Of a stretch of DNA of 64,000 nt, positions 36,345 to 46,034 are shown piece by piece. The notes under the pieces were generated by a model, which made no database searches, was not told the DNA's origin, and was given only the letters and a program-made list of their open reading frames with translations. The translations under genes were made by a program, and so were the position numbers. Every line of letters starts with the position of its first letter. The stretch's first letter is position 1. This stretch comes from Pseudomonas phage sp. 30-2, in the sequence record LC727697.1. One strand, written 5' to 3'.

Positions 36345-37378
36345 TATTTAAATTTAATATTCAAATATCCGTGTTCTGTTGTACTTGGCAATGGATTTCT
36401 AGAATTCCATTCTACAGATAATTTATGCGTGCCATCCGGTTTAAATATATAATAATTATAATTGCGTCTACCAAGTGTAAAATGTCCCATTACGTGGTAC
36501 ATTAATTTTATAGAATATGCATGTTCGTCTATATCACTAGATACATTTACATTTTCTATTTCTACTTTTTTGTTAAATGCACCAAAGATATTAAAAGGCA
36601 CAATACAATCGTATTTGTCTAGTTTAGTGTATTGATCTGATGCAATTTTATTAAAATTATCCCTATTTACATCTTTGTCACTAAACTCATCTAATACATT
36701 ACCTACAGTTGCAATCTTATTTGTAGATTCTATAAAATATGTTAATGTATTACTAATATTATCTATTTTTGCAAAGAGCAATTTTTTCTTTGCAGTAGAT
36801 AGTAATTCATATGAATGACTCTTAGTTTGATAATAATATTGTCCGCAAAGTTCTATAAAATTAAATGATCCTAGATATACGCACTCTACTTTAGATTTTA
36901 ATTTCACCCAAGATCCTATAGGAACTTCGGATAATTTAATTTTCGACTCTAATAGTTTAGTATTTTCTCTGGCAGATTTATATAGACTAGACGATTCTGG
37001 TATTAACACGTTTTCGCCAGAATCATATCCCCACACACATTTGTCTTGGATTAATCCTTCTGAGATGCTGCCACAACTTAGAATAGAAGTAATGTTGTTT
37101 GAACTTATCTCTATTGTAAATCCTCTAGGATCACATACAGTCCACAGACTAGTATTTCCTCGCCAAGTTGATGATTTAATTATAGTAAATCCCGGCAAGG
37201 GCTGGTTTGCGTATACAGTAGTGCTATTTTTATAATATCTATTTATAGACTCCATTTTCTGGTGTCTTGTTTTTTCGTAAGGACACATTCCACCTGCAGG
37301 AATTTGGTTAGTTTTTTGTGTTCCTGATGTATTGGGAATTCTAGTTCCTACAAAAATTTCTTCCGGTATTCTAATCAT
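36344..37378 (-). CDS. Hypothetical protein (344 aa).
   Basis: ORF only. Confidence 0.45.
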   Translation of the reverse strand: MIRIPEEIFVGTRIPNTSGTQKTNQIPAGGMCPYEKTRHQKMESINRYYKNSTTVYANQPLPGFTIIKSSTWRGNTSLWTVCDPRGFTIEISSNNITSILSCGSISEGLIQDKCVWGYDSGENVLIPESSSLYKSARENTKLLESKIKLSEVPIGSWVKLKSKVECVYLGSFNFIELCGQYYYQTKSHSYELLSTAKKKLLFAKIDNISNTLTYFIESTNKIATVGNVLDEFSDKDVNRDNFNKIASDQYTKLDKYDCIVPFNIFGAFNKKVEIENVNVSSDIDEHAYSIKLMYHVMGHFTLGRRNYNYYIFKPDGTHKLSVEWNSRNPLPSTTEHGYLNIKFK

Positions 37379-37632
37379 TTATGTATTAATCCAAATGTTA
37401 CTGCTTCTTCTTTATTTCTAAAAGTAAATATATATCTAGTAATTTTACCTGAATTATGTTCTACATCTAATTCCCATTTATATCTACAATTTTCATTACA
37501 CCAGAGTATAAGTTTGTGTAATGTTTCTGCAGTGTGGGGATTAGGATCTATGCGTATTGTTGATGAATTCTCGTGAGATTTGCCTAATACGCTCATTAGT
37601 TGTTGAACAAAGTATTTCAACATCTTTATCAT
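37375..37632 (-). CDS. Small protein of the conserved WCxEN paralog family (copy 1).
   Basis: LHKLILWCNENCRYKWELD...YIFTFRNKEEAVTFGLIHK shares a W-C-x-E-N...KW...F.F...EA..F.L motif with 37757..38014 and 53966..54181. Confidence 0.5.
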   Translation of the reverse strand: MIKMLKYFVQQLMSVLGKSHENSSTIRIDPNPHTAETLHKLILWCNENCRYKWELDVEHNSGKITRYIFTFRNKEEAVTFGLIHK

Positions 37633-37756
37633 AACAATACCTATTATCTTCTAATAGCTTACTGTAAGTTTCTTGGAAAATATACAAATCTTCTAAACTA
37701 GAAGAATTTATAATTTGCAATTTATCGTCTAGGCTCATCATTGTTATTAGCTCCTA

Positions 37757-38014
37757 TTAAAGTCCAAACTGTAATTTGAACATTAGCGCTTCCGAGCCAT
37801 CTTCGAACCCAAATTTAGATCCGCCGAGCATGGTCCATTTAGATTCTACGTTTTCATCACACCAAATTACCAAAGATTTATTTACAATATCAGATAAATC
37901 TAGTTCTAGATCTACAAAAGTCCATTCTGTATTTTTATTTTTAAAAATAGTAGTAGCCTGTACATAGTTTCCTGTAGTGGTGTATTGTTTCTTAGGAAGA
38001 TTACTAAAATCCAT
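37757..38014 (-). CDS. Small protein of the conserved WCxEN paralog family (copy 2).
   Basis: LVIWCDENVESKWTMLGGSKFGFEDGSEALMFKLQFGL. Confidence 0.5.
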   Translation of the reverse strand: MDFSNLPKKQYTTTGNYVQATTIFKNKNTEWTFVDLELDLSDIVNKSLVIWCDENVESKWTMLGGSKFGFEDGSEALMFKLQFGL

Positions 38015-38024
38015 TTGACTTACT

Positions 38025-38054
38025 CCTTTTTATTATGCTAGAATTATAACATAA
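38025..38054 (+). promoter_or_regulatory. Sigma70-like promoter for plus-strand gene 38102..38332.
   Basis: TTGACT (38025-38030), 18-nt spacer, TAGAAT (38049-38054). An AGGAAAA RBS precedes the ATG. Confidence 0.35.
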
Positions 38055-38101
38055 TTTTATACAAAAGCAAGTTGTTTTCGTTTAATATATAGGAAAATAC
38101 A

Positions 38102-38332
38102 ATGTCTGAAGAGCAAAAAACATACAGTGAATCTTATATGCATGCAAAAACATATATTACAAACTGGAATTCTTGGGGAAACAACCAATTACAGTTTAAA
38201 AATATAAAAGATGCTATAGATGTAGTAGCAGAGCTCGGAATAAACAAATGTGTTAGGCTAGGAACCCGTGTAAGATTTAAAGAATATGATGAGTTGGTAT
38301 TTCAACGCATTAAATATTACATAGACGAGTAG
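38102..38332 (+). CDS. Hypothetical small protein on the plus strand.
   Basis: ORF with an upstream sigma70-like promoter, an AGGAAAA RBS and a downstream terminator hairpin. Confidence 0.5.
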   Translation: MSEEQKTYSESYMHAKTYITNWNSWGNNQLQFKNIKDAIDVVAELGINKCVRLGTRVRFKEYDELVFQRIKYYIDE

Positions 38333-38390
38333 CATTTTTAACACAATTTAGCGTATGATGTTTATGTGTTTGCGCTGTAACACAATTACT

Positions 38391-38417
38391 AAAAACCCCG
38401 CATTATGCGGGGTTTTT
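38391..38417 (+). terminator. Terminator of plus-strand gene 38102..38332.
   Basis: aaaaaccccgcattatgcggggttttt. Confidence 0.7.
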
Positions 38418-38490
38418 AATGCATTTAAAACACTACACACAACATTTATATAGTGTTATTTAATTTACCTTAAACAAATAATGCTCACAC

Positions 38491-38514
38491 AAAAAAAGGG
38501 GACCGAAGTCCCCT
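38491..38514 (-). terminator. Terminator downstream of clpP.
   Basis: aaaaaaa-ggggac-cgaa-gtcccc. The A-run gives a U-run on the minus strand. Confidence 0.65.
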
Positions 38515-38541
38515 TAAATTATCACCAGCTACAGTGAATAG

Positions 38542-39213
38542 TTACTTCAGGTCAGCTTTAGTGCGGAATACTTTGTCTGCCAACCCGAACTCAACTGCTT
38601 CTTGAGCAGAGAGGAATGTGTCGAATTTCATAATTTCGATAAATTCGTCGAACGTCTTGCCAGCAGTGTTATGATGAACATACAGCTCAGTGAGACGCTT
38701 GTTAATTTTAGATAGTTCTGCCGCATGGCGGACAGCATCTTCAATTCCTAACTCAACTTGTTGAGTTGTGCCGCCGAATCCCCCGAAGCCGCCGCTGGCT
38801 CGATGAATCATAGTGCGGGATTCGCTAGACACGTAACGATGCCCCGGAGTACCTGCTTGTGCTAGGAAAGACCCCATACTGCATGCTTGGCCCAACACGA
38901 TGGTATTAACGGGACACGAAATATATTCCATCGTGTTATAAATAGACAAACCAGCAGTAACGCTGCCGCCCGGAGAGTTAATATACATCGAAACGGGCTG
39001 TTCTGCCGATTCCGATTCGAGGAAAAGAAGCTGGGCAACAATTACGGATGCCATCTCGTCGCGAACTGGACCATTAAGAAAAACAATACGCTCTTTTAGA
39101 AGACGGGAATAAATATCCCAACTACGTTCGCCGTTGCCGTTATTTTCGACAACCATGGGGATCAAACCAGCTTCGGTAGGATATTGTCCTTGTGCTGTAT
39201 AATTGTAGCTCAT
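38542..39213 (-). CDS. clpP: ClpP serine protease subunit.
   Basis: Active-site Ser context [14 protein letters not shown] and His context MIHRASGG. 223 aa. GC-richer than background. The ATG at 39213 was verified. Confidence 0.85.
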   Translation of the reverse strand: MSYNYTAQGQYPTEAGLIPMVVENNGNGERSWDIYSRLLKERIVFLNGPVRDEMASVIVAQLLFLESESAEQPVSMYINSPGGSVTAGLSIYNTMEYISCPVNTIVLGQACSMGSFLAQAGTPGHRYVSSESRTMIHRASGGFGGFGGTTQQVELGIEDAVRHAAELSKINKRLTELYVHHNTAGKTFDEFIEIMKFDTFLSAQEAVEFGLADKVFRTKADLK

Positions 39214-39294
39214 ATAATAAGTCCTGTGTTTGTTTACGTTGTGTATATAATAGCAATGTTATTATACATCGTCTAGTTATAATTAAAGTTTAGT

Positions 39295-39681
39295 ATGATA
39301 AATATTGTTATGAAAATAAAAGAAATAATACTAGAAAATAAAACACATATAGAATTGTACGGTGCTGCAAACACTGACATTGATGCATTTTACAATCCAG
39401 AATTATATACTAATAATCAAAAACAGATTAAGAGATATGCAGTTTTGGGTATGACAGGTGACGGACCGACTCCTGTATTTAAAACTATTCCGAAAAATCC
39501 TGCCAACAAACCATTTAATAATCATCCAAAAAACGACGATACACAATCTCCTGGTTTTAGAGGTTTACAAATGGCAAAAGAACGTGCAGGATTACCGTTT
39601 GAGCCTTACCAAAAAATAGATCCTAGTTATAAACAATACAACGATATTCCATATGGTCCCGGAAATATTATGGATAGATAA
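39295..39681 (+). CDS. Hypothetical protein on the plus strand.
   Basis: ORF ending at a bidirectional terminator shared with the convergent exonuclease gene. Confidence 0.45.
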   Translation: MINIVMKIKEIILENKTHIELYGAANTDIDAFYNPELYTNNQKQIKRYAVLGMTGDGPTPVFKTIPKNPANKPFNNHPKNDDTQSPGFRGLQMAKERAGLPFEPYQKIDPSYKQYNDIPYGPGNIMDR

Positions 39682-39705
39682 AAATGCCCCGTACGGGGCA
39701 TTTTT
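39681..39705. terminator. Shared bidirectional terminator for convergent genes 39295..39681 (+) and 39704..40477 (-).
   Basis: aaaatgcccc-gtac-ggggcatttt. Both stop codons lie in the flanking A and T runs. Confidence 0.7.
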
Positions 39706-40477
39706 ATATCTTGTCGCTCAAATATTGTTCTAATGTATACGCTAAGTCTCTATTATATTCGGGTTTTGTTTCGTCTAATGCATCTAAATTATTTAATGCC
39801 CAAATCCAATAGTCCATTGGAACTTCATCTAAGGGTTTATCTTTATGTTTGCCAAATGGCATAGACGAAAGCATTAACGGCTTATTAGATATTTCTATAA
39901 GTTGATCTGCATACGGTATATCACTATCTAATTTATTCTTAGACTCTAAATCAGTTACTATTCGTTCCAATAATACACCGCACATATATGCATCTTCTCC
40001 TGCTCTATGCGCTACGAAATCGTCAGGAATATCTAACATTAATTTATATCTTAGATAAGATAATTTAAATTCTTCAAAAGTAGGATCGGTTTGATATGCA
40101 TATCGTGCAAGTTTTAAAGTACACAACCAATTAGTGCTAGATGCTATGTTATATCTCTCTAATACCTTTTTATCATACGGAGCATTGTGTGCAACTATTA
40201 GTTGGCAGCTTGTAATAGATTTGTATTGGTCGACTACATCGGCAAAAGTAGGTTTTCCTTCTACCATACGATCTGTTATGCCAGTTATAGAACTTATTTT
40301 AGGAGTTATTTGCGCATGATTAACTCTGGGTTTAAATAATTCACTACTATAAGTCCATTTGTTAGTATAAGACGCTATACCTAATTCTATTATTTCTGCT
40401 ACACGAGTATCTAAATGTGTAGTTTCTGTATCTAAAATTATAAGTGATTCTAGTAATTCCTTTAAACGTGGTGTCAT
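39704..40477 (-). CDS. DnaQ-like DEDDh 3'-5' exonuclease.
   Basis: Exo I motif ILDTETTHLD. Exo II LIVAHNAPYD. Exo III YH-type motif AHRAGEDAYMCGVLL. Confidence 0.7.
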   Translation of the reverse strand: MTPRLKELLESLIILDTETTHLDTRVAEIIELGIASYTNKWTYSSELFKPRVNHAQITPKISSITGITDRMVEGKPTFADVVDQYKSITSCQLIVAHNAPYDKKVLERYNIASSTNWLCTLKLARYAYQTDPTFEEFKLSYLRYKLMLDIPDDFVAHRAGEDAYMCGVLLERIVTDLESKNKLDSDIPYADQLIEISNKPLMLSSMPFGKHKDKPLDEVPMDYWIWALNNLDALDETKPEYNRDLAYTLEQYLSDKI

Positions 40478-40542
40478 TATAATATTCTCTTGTTATTGTA
40501 TACATTATAACACCAAATATATAAAATATATACACAATTATG

Positions 40543-40575
40543 ATAAAATAAAAGGGCTCAATGCCCTTTTATTTT
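40543..40575 (-). terminator. Hairpin terminator downstream of 40574..41083.
   Basis: aaaataaaagggc-tcaat-gcccttttatttt. Confidence 0.65.
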
Positions 40576-41083
40576 ACACAATTTGCACCATTTGAACCGA
40601 AGATACAGGGAATGGATTTGTACCATTCCAGGTCCATCCGTATACTGTATTACCTCCCAAATCTGAAGTATATTGTGTTGGTGCACCTAAATAACCAGTT
40701 ACAGAACTCCAGAAATTAGTTACTAAGTTGGTTGGTGCATTAGTTTGATCGACACCTATTCCTAGCACTTTATCGTAATCATTCCATGCAACTATAGTTA
40801 AATTGTATCCTTTAAAAACAATATTGTTTATTTTAGAACCTGTTGCAAACACTCTATATCCATATTGGGCATTCGGTGCAGCTTGCAACTGAGCAGAAGT
40901 TAATATATATTGTCCTGTTGGCATTCTACCATATGCGCCAGCAATACTTACTTGCCCTGTAGTTGCTGCACCACATAATATCCTCATTTCGGCAGCGTTT
41001 ACATCTAACCGAGCATCTTGTGGATTTCCTAATTCAACGTTAATTTGCTGTGTAGAAAGAGAACCCGAAGAAGGTAATGTCAT
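40574..41083 (-). CDS. Hypothetical Gly/Thr-rich protein (169 aa).
   Basis: ORF only. Confidence 0.4.
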   Translation of the reverse strand: MTLPSSGSLSTQQINVELGNPQDARLDVNAAEMRILCGAATTGQVSIAGAYGRMPTGQYILTSAQLQAAPNAQYGYRVFATGSKINNIVFKGYNLTIVAWNDYDKVLGIGVDQTNAPTNLVTNFWSSVTGYLGAPTQYTSDLGGNTVYGWTWNGTNPFPVSSVQMVQIV

Positions 41084-41102
41084 AATAATATATCCTTTTT
41101 TA

Positions 41103-41264
41103 TTATTTATTACTCAACTCTAAGTCGCCTTTGCCTATTTCTATTTCGTTACCGTCTTCTAATTCTACTATAGCAATAGTTTTATTAGATATAAATTTTA
41201 TAACAATGCCGCTTGTCTCGCCAAATTCGGTTTTAATAATAACATCGTCGCCTACATTTATCAT
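41103..41264 (-). CDS. Small (53-aa) beta-rich protein with a KOW-like GDDVIIK...G motif. Below the ORF-track size cutoff.
   Basis: Manual translation gives MINVGDDVIIKTEFGETSGIVIKFISNKTIAIVELEDGNEIEIGKGDLELSNK. It fills the gap between the ligase stop and the next gene. Confidence 0.35.
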   Translation of the reverse strand: MINVGDDVIIKTEFGETSGIVIKFISNKTIAIVELEDGNEIEIGKGDLELSNK

Positions 41265-41273
41265 AAAATATCC

Positions 41274-42644
41274 TTATTTTATATCTTTGCTAGAATCTGC
41301 TTCAAATTTATCTGTTCTTATTTCTAAAAATCTAGGAAGAAAAAGAGAATCAACACCTATTCGGTCTACGCTTTTAATTCTTTCATTATACATAACACTC
41401 ACTATGCTATGTTTCCATTTATTTTCAAAATTTGCTGTTGCATCATCGCGTTCGCTGTCAGTTAAACCAGATATGTTGACTATTACCTTACCGTCTGAGC
41501 TTTCACATATTAATGATCCAACTTTATGTTCTGTTTTAGTACCTACTGTTCCGTAATTAAACCCAGTTACAATTAATTCGCATACTTTTTCTGATTTATA
41601 TTTTAATACTAACTTACTTCGTTTATTTTCCCATATACTATCAGGACATTTTACCATTATGCCTTCTTCGTTTCTAGATATTGCTTCGTCGAAGAAGATT
41701 TTTACTTCCTCTTTGCTATAAAGGAGACGAGTTTCTGCTAACCTAATTTGCCCTATATTTCCTAAAATAGTATTATATATTTTACTTTCTATATAATCAT
41801 CATCTACTTGCAATTTATGTATTGCATTTGATAAACTTTCGAATCTACTAGAATAGGGTGTAGTGCATTTATGTTCATTAAAACATCTAAGAGGAATACA
41901 ATCCCAAAGAATTGCTCTTACATTCTTTATTTCATTATCTGTAATGGTATCACTTTGTGCTTTACTTATGATACCGTTTCCTGTCCGTCTGGGGAGTATA
42001 TTATTATTAGAATCTACAACTATTAATTCGCCATCAAAAACCATATCTTCGTCGAAATATTTAATTAGCGAAACAAATGCGTCATCTAAAATATCTTTAA
42101 AATCGTATGATTTACCCGATCTTCCATAAAATGAAACAATTCCGGATTTACTAACATGAATATTAATTCTAGTTCCGTCTGATTTTATCTGAGAATAATA
42201 TGGTAACTTGCATTTACTAAGAAGATTTTCTGTTGCAGGTTCTGCTAGCAAGCACGGATATTTAGGTACTAGATCCTTCCATATTTTATTAACTGTAGCA
42301 TCTTGTATCCCTGCGCGTAAATCCTTTCTAATAATCCGGATAATTACATTTGCATCGTCATCTGTTAAACTAGAAAGAATATATGTTAGATGCAATATTG
42401 CGGCATTACCTGTTTTTATTCTATCAGATAGAACAGATAATTCGGTTAGTGCTTGTTCTAAGGTAAGAATAGTATCTGTTCGCGTGAATTCTGGTATTTT
42501 CTTTATATAAAAGTTAATAAATGGATTTAATGCCAAATGTATTACTTTTTTTAATGTGTCATTATCCTTGTTTCTTTCTAGAATAGCTAATTTAGTAGTT
42601 CGTTTAGTAGTATTTCCGATTTCGTCTAAAATTGTACGAATCAT
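41274..42644 (-). CDS. ATP-dependent DNA ligase.
   Basis: Adenylation motif I KSDGTR (KxDG). 456 aa with nucleotidyltransferase plus OB-fold organisation. Confidence 0.75.
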   Translation of the reverse strand: MIRTILDEIGNTTKRTTKLAILERNKDNDTLKKVIHLALNPFINFYIKKIPEFTRTDTILTLEQALTELSVLSDRIKTGNAAILHLTYILSSLTDDDANVIIRIIRKDLRAGIQDATVNKIWKDLVPKYPCLLAEPATENLLSKCKLPYYSQIKSDGTRINIHVSKSGIVSFYGRSGKSYDFKDILDDAFVSLIKYFDEDMVFDGELIVVDSNNNILPRRTGNGIISKAQSDTITDNEIKNVRAILWDCIPLRCFNEHKCTTPYSSRFESLSNAIHKLQVDDDYIESKIYNTILGNIGQIRLAETRLLYSKEEVKIFFDEAISRNEEGIMVKCPDSIWENKRSKLVLKYKSEKVCELIVTGFNYGTVGTKTEHKVGSLICESSDGKVIVNISGLTDSERDDATANFENKWKHSIVSVMYNERIKSVDRIGVDSLFLPRFLEIRTDKFEADSSKDIK

Positions 42645-42671
42645 AATAGTGCCTTATTTAATTACTTAATA

Positions 42672-44402
42672 TTATGCAAGAACTTGTTCTACTTCTGCAC
42701 AATCTATTGTTTCTTTTTCCATTAACAAGTCTGCTACAAGTTTTAATTCAGCCTTTTTATCCGAAAGTAATGTTATGGCCTTATTGTACGCATCTTTTAC
42801 TAGAATTGCTGCATCTTGTTCTGCACTAGATTGCAAACTAGACAGGGTCGATGTCGCAACCGGTCCTATACTACCGAAACCACACGATGTAGTCATGTAT
42901 ACTGCAAGTTCGGTTGCTCTCTTTATATCTGAACTAGCGCCAGTGGATATTGCAGATTCACCGTATATGAGTTCTTCTGCTGCGCGGCCTGCCATTAACG
43001 TAACTAATTTATTCATGAGCTGCTCTTTGCTAACAGAAGGCTCTTCGTTAGGAAGAAATACAGTTACACCTAGTGCTAGACCTCGAGGAATGATAGATAC
43101 TTTATGCAAGTTATCATTAGATTTGTAAATTACACCCGATATTGCATGACCGGCTTCATGATATGCAGTACGAAGCAATTCTTCTTGGGTATATTTCTTT
43201 GTCGAATTTTCACCCATTAACACCTTATCTTTTGCTCGTTCTACATGCTCCTGGGTAATTACAGTTTGCCCAGACCTTACTGCATAGATTGCAGCCTCAT
43301 TGACTAGTTTAGCTAACTCAGCACCAGAGAATCCCGGAGTTCCTTTTGCTATTACTGAAAAATCTACATTGTCTTCAAATGTTTTTCCATTTGCATTTAT
43401 TTCTAAAATCTTCTGTCTAATCCCCACATCAGGTAAACTTAGTTGAACAATTCTGTCAAATCGTTTAGGACGAATAACAGCCGGGTCTAATATATCTAGT
43501 CTATTAGTAGCTGCAAGAATTGTAATACCATCGTTATCTTGCATTCCATCCATTTCTACTAATAACTGATTGAGTGTTTGGTCTGATCCATTAGATATTT
43601 TAGTAGAACGTTGCTGTGCAAGTGCATCAATTTCGTCTATGAAAATAATGCACGGCGCAGCTTCCTTTGCTTTTTTAAACATATCTGTTACACGGTTTGC
43701 ACCTACACCGACAAATGTATCATTAAACTCAGATCCAGCAACATAGAAAAAATTAACATTTGCCTCTTTTGCCATTGCCTTTGCTAAAAGTGTTTTCCCG
43801 ACGCCCGGACTGCCGTGCATTAGAATTCCACGAGGCACATCTATTCCCATGCTAGAATACTTAGTTCGATGAGCAATAAAATCAACTAACTCTTTTACTT
43901 CATTTATTTCGTGAGTATGGCCAGCTACATCGTTAAACGTTACTTCAATGTCTTTTGGTTCTATCTTGCGAAGTTTGGATTTACTTTTTGCATCTAATGA
44001 AGAACCAGGACCTATTCGCTTCAAAACGAATACCATTAAAATTAAAAATACTAACATTACTATAAGTCCAGACACCAAACTAGTAAGGAATGGACTAGGG
44101 GTAGAAGGTTCTTCGGTTACTACAGGAACACCTGCTTTAAGAAATGATTCTATTAATTTACTGGTATCTCCGGGGAATGTTACTTTTCTTCTGTCTGATG
44201 TATTAGTAACATACTGTAGTGTTTGTCCATCTTCTTTTAATTTAACACTAATTATTTTACCGCTCGTTGCGTCTGATAAAAAGGTGTTTATAGACACACT
44301 AGTCGGCTTGTAATTAATCGTTAACGCAAGTCCAGTTATGCATATTACAAGAAATAAAATAATAAATCTGTTATTTTTTATGAACTTAACAATATGTTGC
44401 AT
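42672..44402 (-). CDS. ftsH: FtsH-like membrane-anchored AAA+ zinc metalloprotease.
   Basis: Two N-terminal TM helices. Walker A GSPGVGKTLLAKAMA. SRH TNRLDILDPAVIRPKRFDR. HEXXH zinc site YHEAGHAI. The ATG at 44402 was verified. Confidence 0.85.
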   Translation of the reverse strand: MQHIVKFIKNNRFIILFLVICITGLALTINYKPTSVSINTFLSDATSGKIISVKLKEDGQTLQYVTNTSDRRKVTFPGDTSKLIESFLKAGVPVVTEEPSTPSPFLTSLVSGLIVMLVFLILMVFVLKRIGPGSSLDAKSKSKLRKIEPKDIEVTFNDVAGHTHEINEVKELVDFIAHRTKYSSMGIDVPRGILMHGSPGVGKTLLAKAMAKEANVNFFYVAGSEFNDTFVGVGANRVTDMFKKAKEAAPCIIFIDEIDALAQQRSTKISNGSDQTLNQLLVEMDGMQDNDGITILAATNRLDILDPAVIRPKRFDRIVQLSLPDVGIRQKILEINANGKTFEDNVDFSVIAKGTPGFSGAELAKLVNEAAIYAVRSGQTVITQEHVERAKDKVLMGENSTKKYTQEELLRTAYHEAGHAISGVIYKSNDNLHKVSIIPRGLALGVTVFLPNEEPSVSKEQLMNKLVTLMAGRAAEELIYGESAISTGASSDIKRATELAVYMTTSCGFGSIGPVATSTLSSLQSSAEQDAAILVKDAYNKAITLLSDKKAELKLVADLLMEKETIDCAEVEQVLA

Positions 44403-44442
44403 TATTTGATCCTATAAGGGGTTATGTGTGTAATATAACTGT

Positions 44443-45117
44443 TTACCGCTTATATGTAAATAGTTTTAAAAGTTTCTCTATAGACTCCATTATTGTATCG
44501 TACCAAAATAATACTACAGTTGTAGATAGTTTTTGCATAGATATATTTTCACATTTTTCGTTTATACAATCTTCTAATGTTTTGAGTATTACCACGCAAT
44601 TAATCACGTTTATTATCATACTGCCTATACAATAACTGACTGATAAATCTAATAGTATAGACATTACTATGGTCACAAGCAAAGTCATTGCTATAGAAAC
44701 ATTAAATGACGACGCGAAACTAAAAATGTTTTTTGACATAATTGCGTTTGCACAAAGAAACATATATAAAAACGAACTTATAGTAAACATAACTAAAACT
44801 AATAATGGCGCTACTTCCCCCAGTAACGCAGTTAATCCATTCCCTAATGTTATTCCTTGCCAAAATAATAAAAATACACTCCCTACAATAGACACATACA
44901 CATTTGTTCTAATACAATCTATAATAAACATTATAGCAAAATATGAAAATATACACACAAGTAAATTCATATTAAGAATTGGCATAGTTAATGCTAAATA
45001 TGCGCCGGCGGCTGCAAATATTCTAGTTAACATTAAAGTTGCAAATGTTCCTATTATAGATTTCTGTTCATTTGTTTTAAGTTCCAATTTTATCTCCTTA
45101 TAAAACAATCCCCGCAA
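44443..45117 (-). CDS. Polytopic integral membrane protein (5-6 TM), immediately upstream of FtsH.
   Basis: Multiple hydrophobic segments. 41 nt from the FtsH start with no intervening terminator. Confidence 0.5.
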   Translation of the reverse strand: MRGLFYKEIKLELKTNEQKSIIGTFATLMLTRIFAAAGAYLALTMPILNMNLLVCIFSYFAIMFIIDCIRTNVYVSIVGSVFLLFWQGITLGNGLTALLGEVAPLLVLVMFTISSFLYMFLCANAIMSKNIFSFASSFNVSIAMTLLVTIVMSILLDLSVSYCIGSMIINVINCVVILKTLEDCINEKCENISMQKLSTTVVLFWYDTIMESIEKLLKLFTYKR

Positions 45118-45133
45118 TTGCGGGGATTGTTTT
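45102..45133 (-). terminator. Palindromic terminator overlapping the stop of 45133..45360.
   Basis: aaaacaatccccgc-aatt-gcggggattgtttt. Confidence 0.7.
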
Positions 45134-45360
45134 TACTCTTCTTCGATTACCACAGGCATTTCTTTTTCTAATTTCTTTAACTGTGCTTCTGTTTGTTTAT
45201 CTAACATTTCTTCAGAAATATTAACATATGCCTTTTTAAAGTGTTCTAAACAATATGCTTTTCCTTCTATAGGTTTTGCTCCGCATTGTGTTTTAGAATT
45301 TCCTTTCCATTCACACTGTTTAGCTCTATATACTCCAAAAGTAAAATCAAATGTTTTCAT
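45133..45360 (-). CDS. Hypothetical small Cys-containing protein.
   Basis: ORF with CxxxxxxC...C..H spacing. A terminator hairpin overlaps its stop. Confidence 0.4.
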   Translation of the reverse strand: MKTFDFTFGVYRAKQCEWKGNSKTQCGAKPIEGKAYCLEHFKKAYVNISEEMLDKQTEAQLKKLEKEMPVVIEEE

Positions 45361-45427
45361 TTATAATCCTTATTACGTCATGCGTTTGTGTCGATCTTCA
45401 AGCTTCTTGTTGCAAAAGCTATCCATA

Positions 45428-45721
45428 TCAGTCTGTATATAAATCTTGTATTATTAATAATTGTTTATTATTTTGTAATGTTTCTTTTATTAAATGTTCT
45501 AAGTTAATAGTTTCCGAATAATTAGTATGCCAGTGATATGGTTTAGTTGGTTTAATTTGTTCACAAACATAAATTACATATTGGTCTATAGGTTGAGTTA
45601 TAGAATATGGTTTTATATTGCGTAAAATATCTTTATAAAATACCACACTAACTGTTACAGATACACCATTTCTTTTATTGATTACTGTGTAATCTTTTCC
45701 AATAGTGTGTATATCTATCAT
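45428..45721 (-). CDS. Hypothetical protein.
   Basis: ORF only. Confidence 0.4.
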   Translation of the reverse strand: MIDIHTIGKDYTVINKRNGVSVTVSVVFYKDILRNIKPYSITQPIDQYVIYVCEQIKPTKPYHWHTNYSETINLEHLIKETLQNNKQLLIIQDLYTD

Positions 45722-45730
45722 TTATTTGCA

Positions 45731-46015
45731 TTACCTGTCATGAAATAGAATTGTGTTACCCTTATAGGTAGATACGTATACTCCTAATAAATCTTTAAAC
45801 AATAACGAATTAGCCCAACACTCTGGACCTTCGCCCCACATAATAGCTGCATCAGCTTTTACATATTTATGAATTTGTTTTTTCGACAATACTTTAATAC
45901 CGTTTGGATTAAATCCTGCTTGCTTGGCAAATTCCTTTAATTCAAATGCCATGTGTTGTGCAGTTTCATAAGATAAAGAAAAGAGGCATTCATCCCAATG
46001 CTTTTTAGTTCTCAT
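45731..46015 (-). CDS. Hypothetical protein.
   Basis: ORF only. Confidence 0.4.
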   Translation of the reverse strand: MRTKKHWDECLFSLSYETAQHMAFELKEFAKQAGFNPNGIKVLSKKQIHKYVKADAAIMWGEGPECWANSLLFKDLLGVYVSTYKGNTILFHDR

Positions 46016-46034
46016 AAGTATTCACCGAAGTTAT

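Noticed and set aside
37541-37741. 66-aa ORF overlapping the 5' part of 37375..37632 in another frame.
   Set aside because: It is ambiguous. Either it is real and the WCxEN gene starts at its internal Met (MSVLGK, about 37596), or it is spurious. I cannot resolve this without comparative data.
42672-44402. Eukaryotic giant-virus (prasinovirus) origin, suggested by FtsH plus an intein-containing PolB.
   Set aside because: The polymerase is T4 gp43-type with collinear motifs. The window also holds bacterial-type S21, ClpXP/ClpS, the gp44 clamp loader, SD-type RBSs and rho-independent terminators. All of this points to a bacteriophage.
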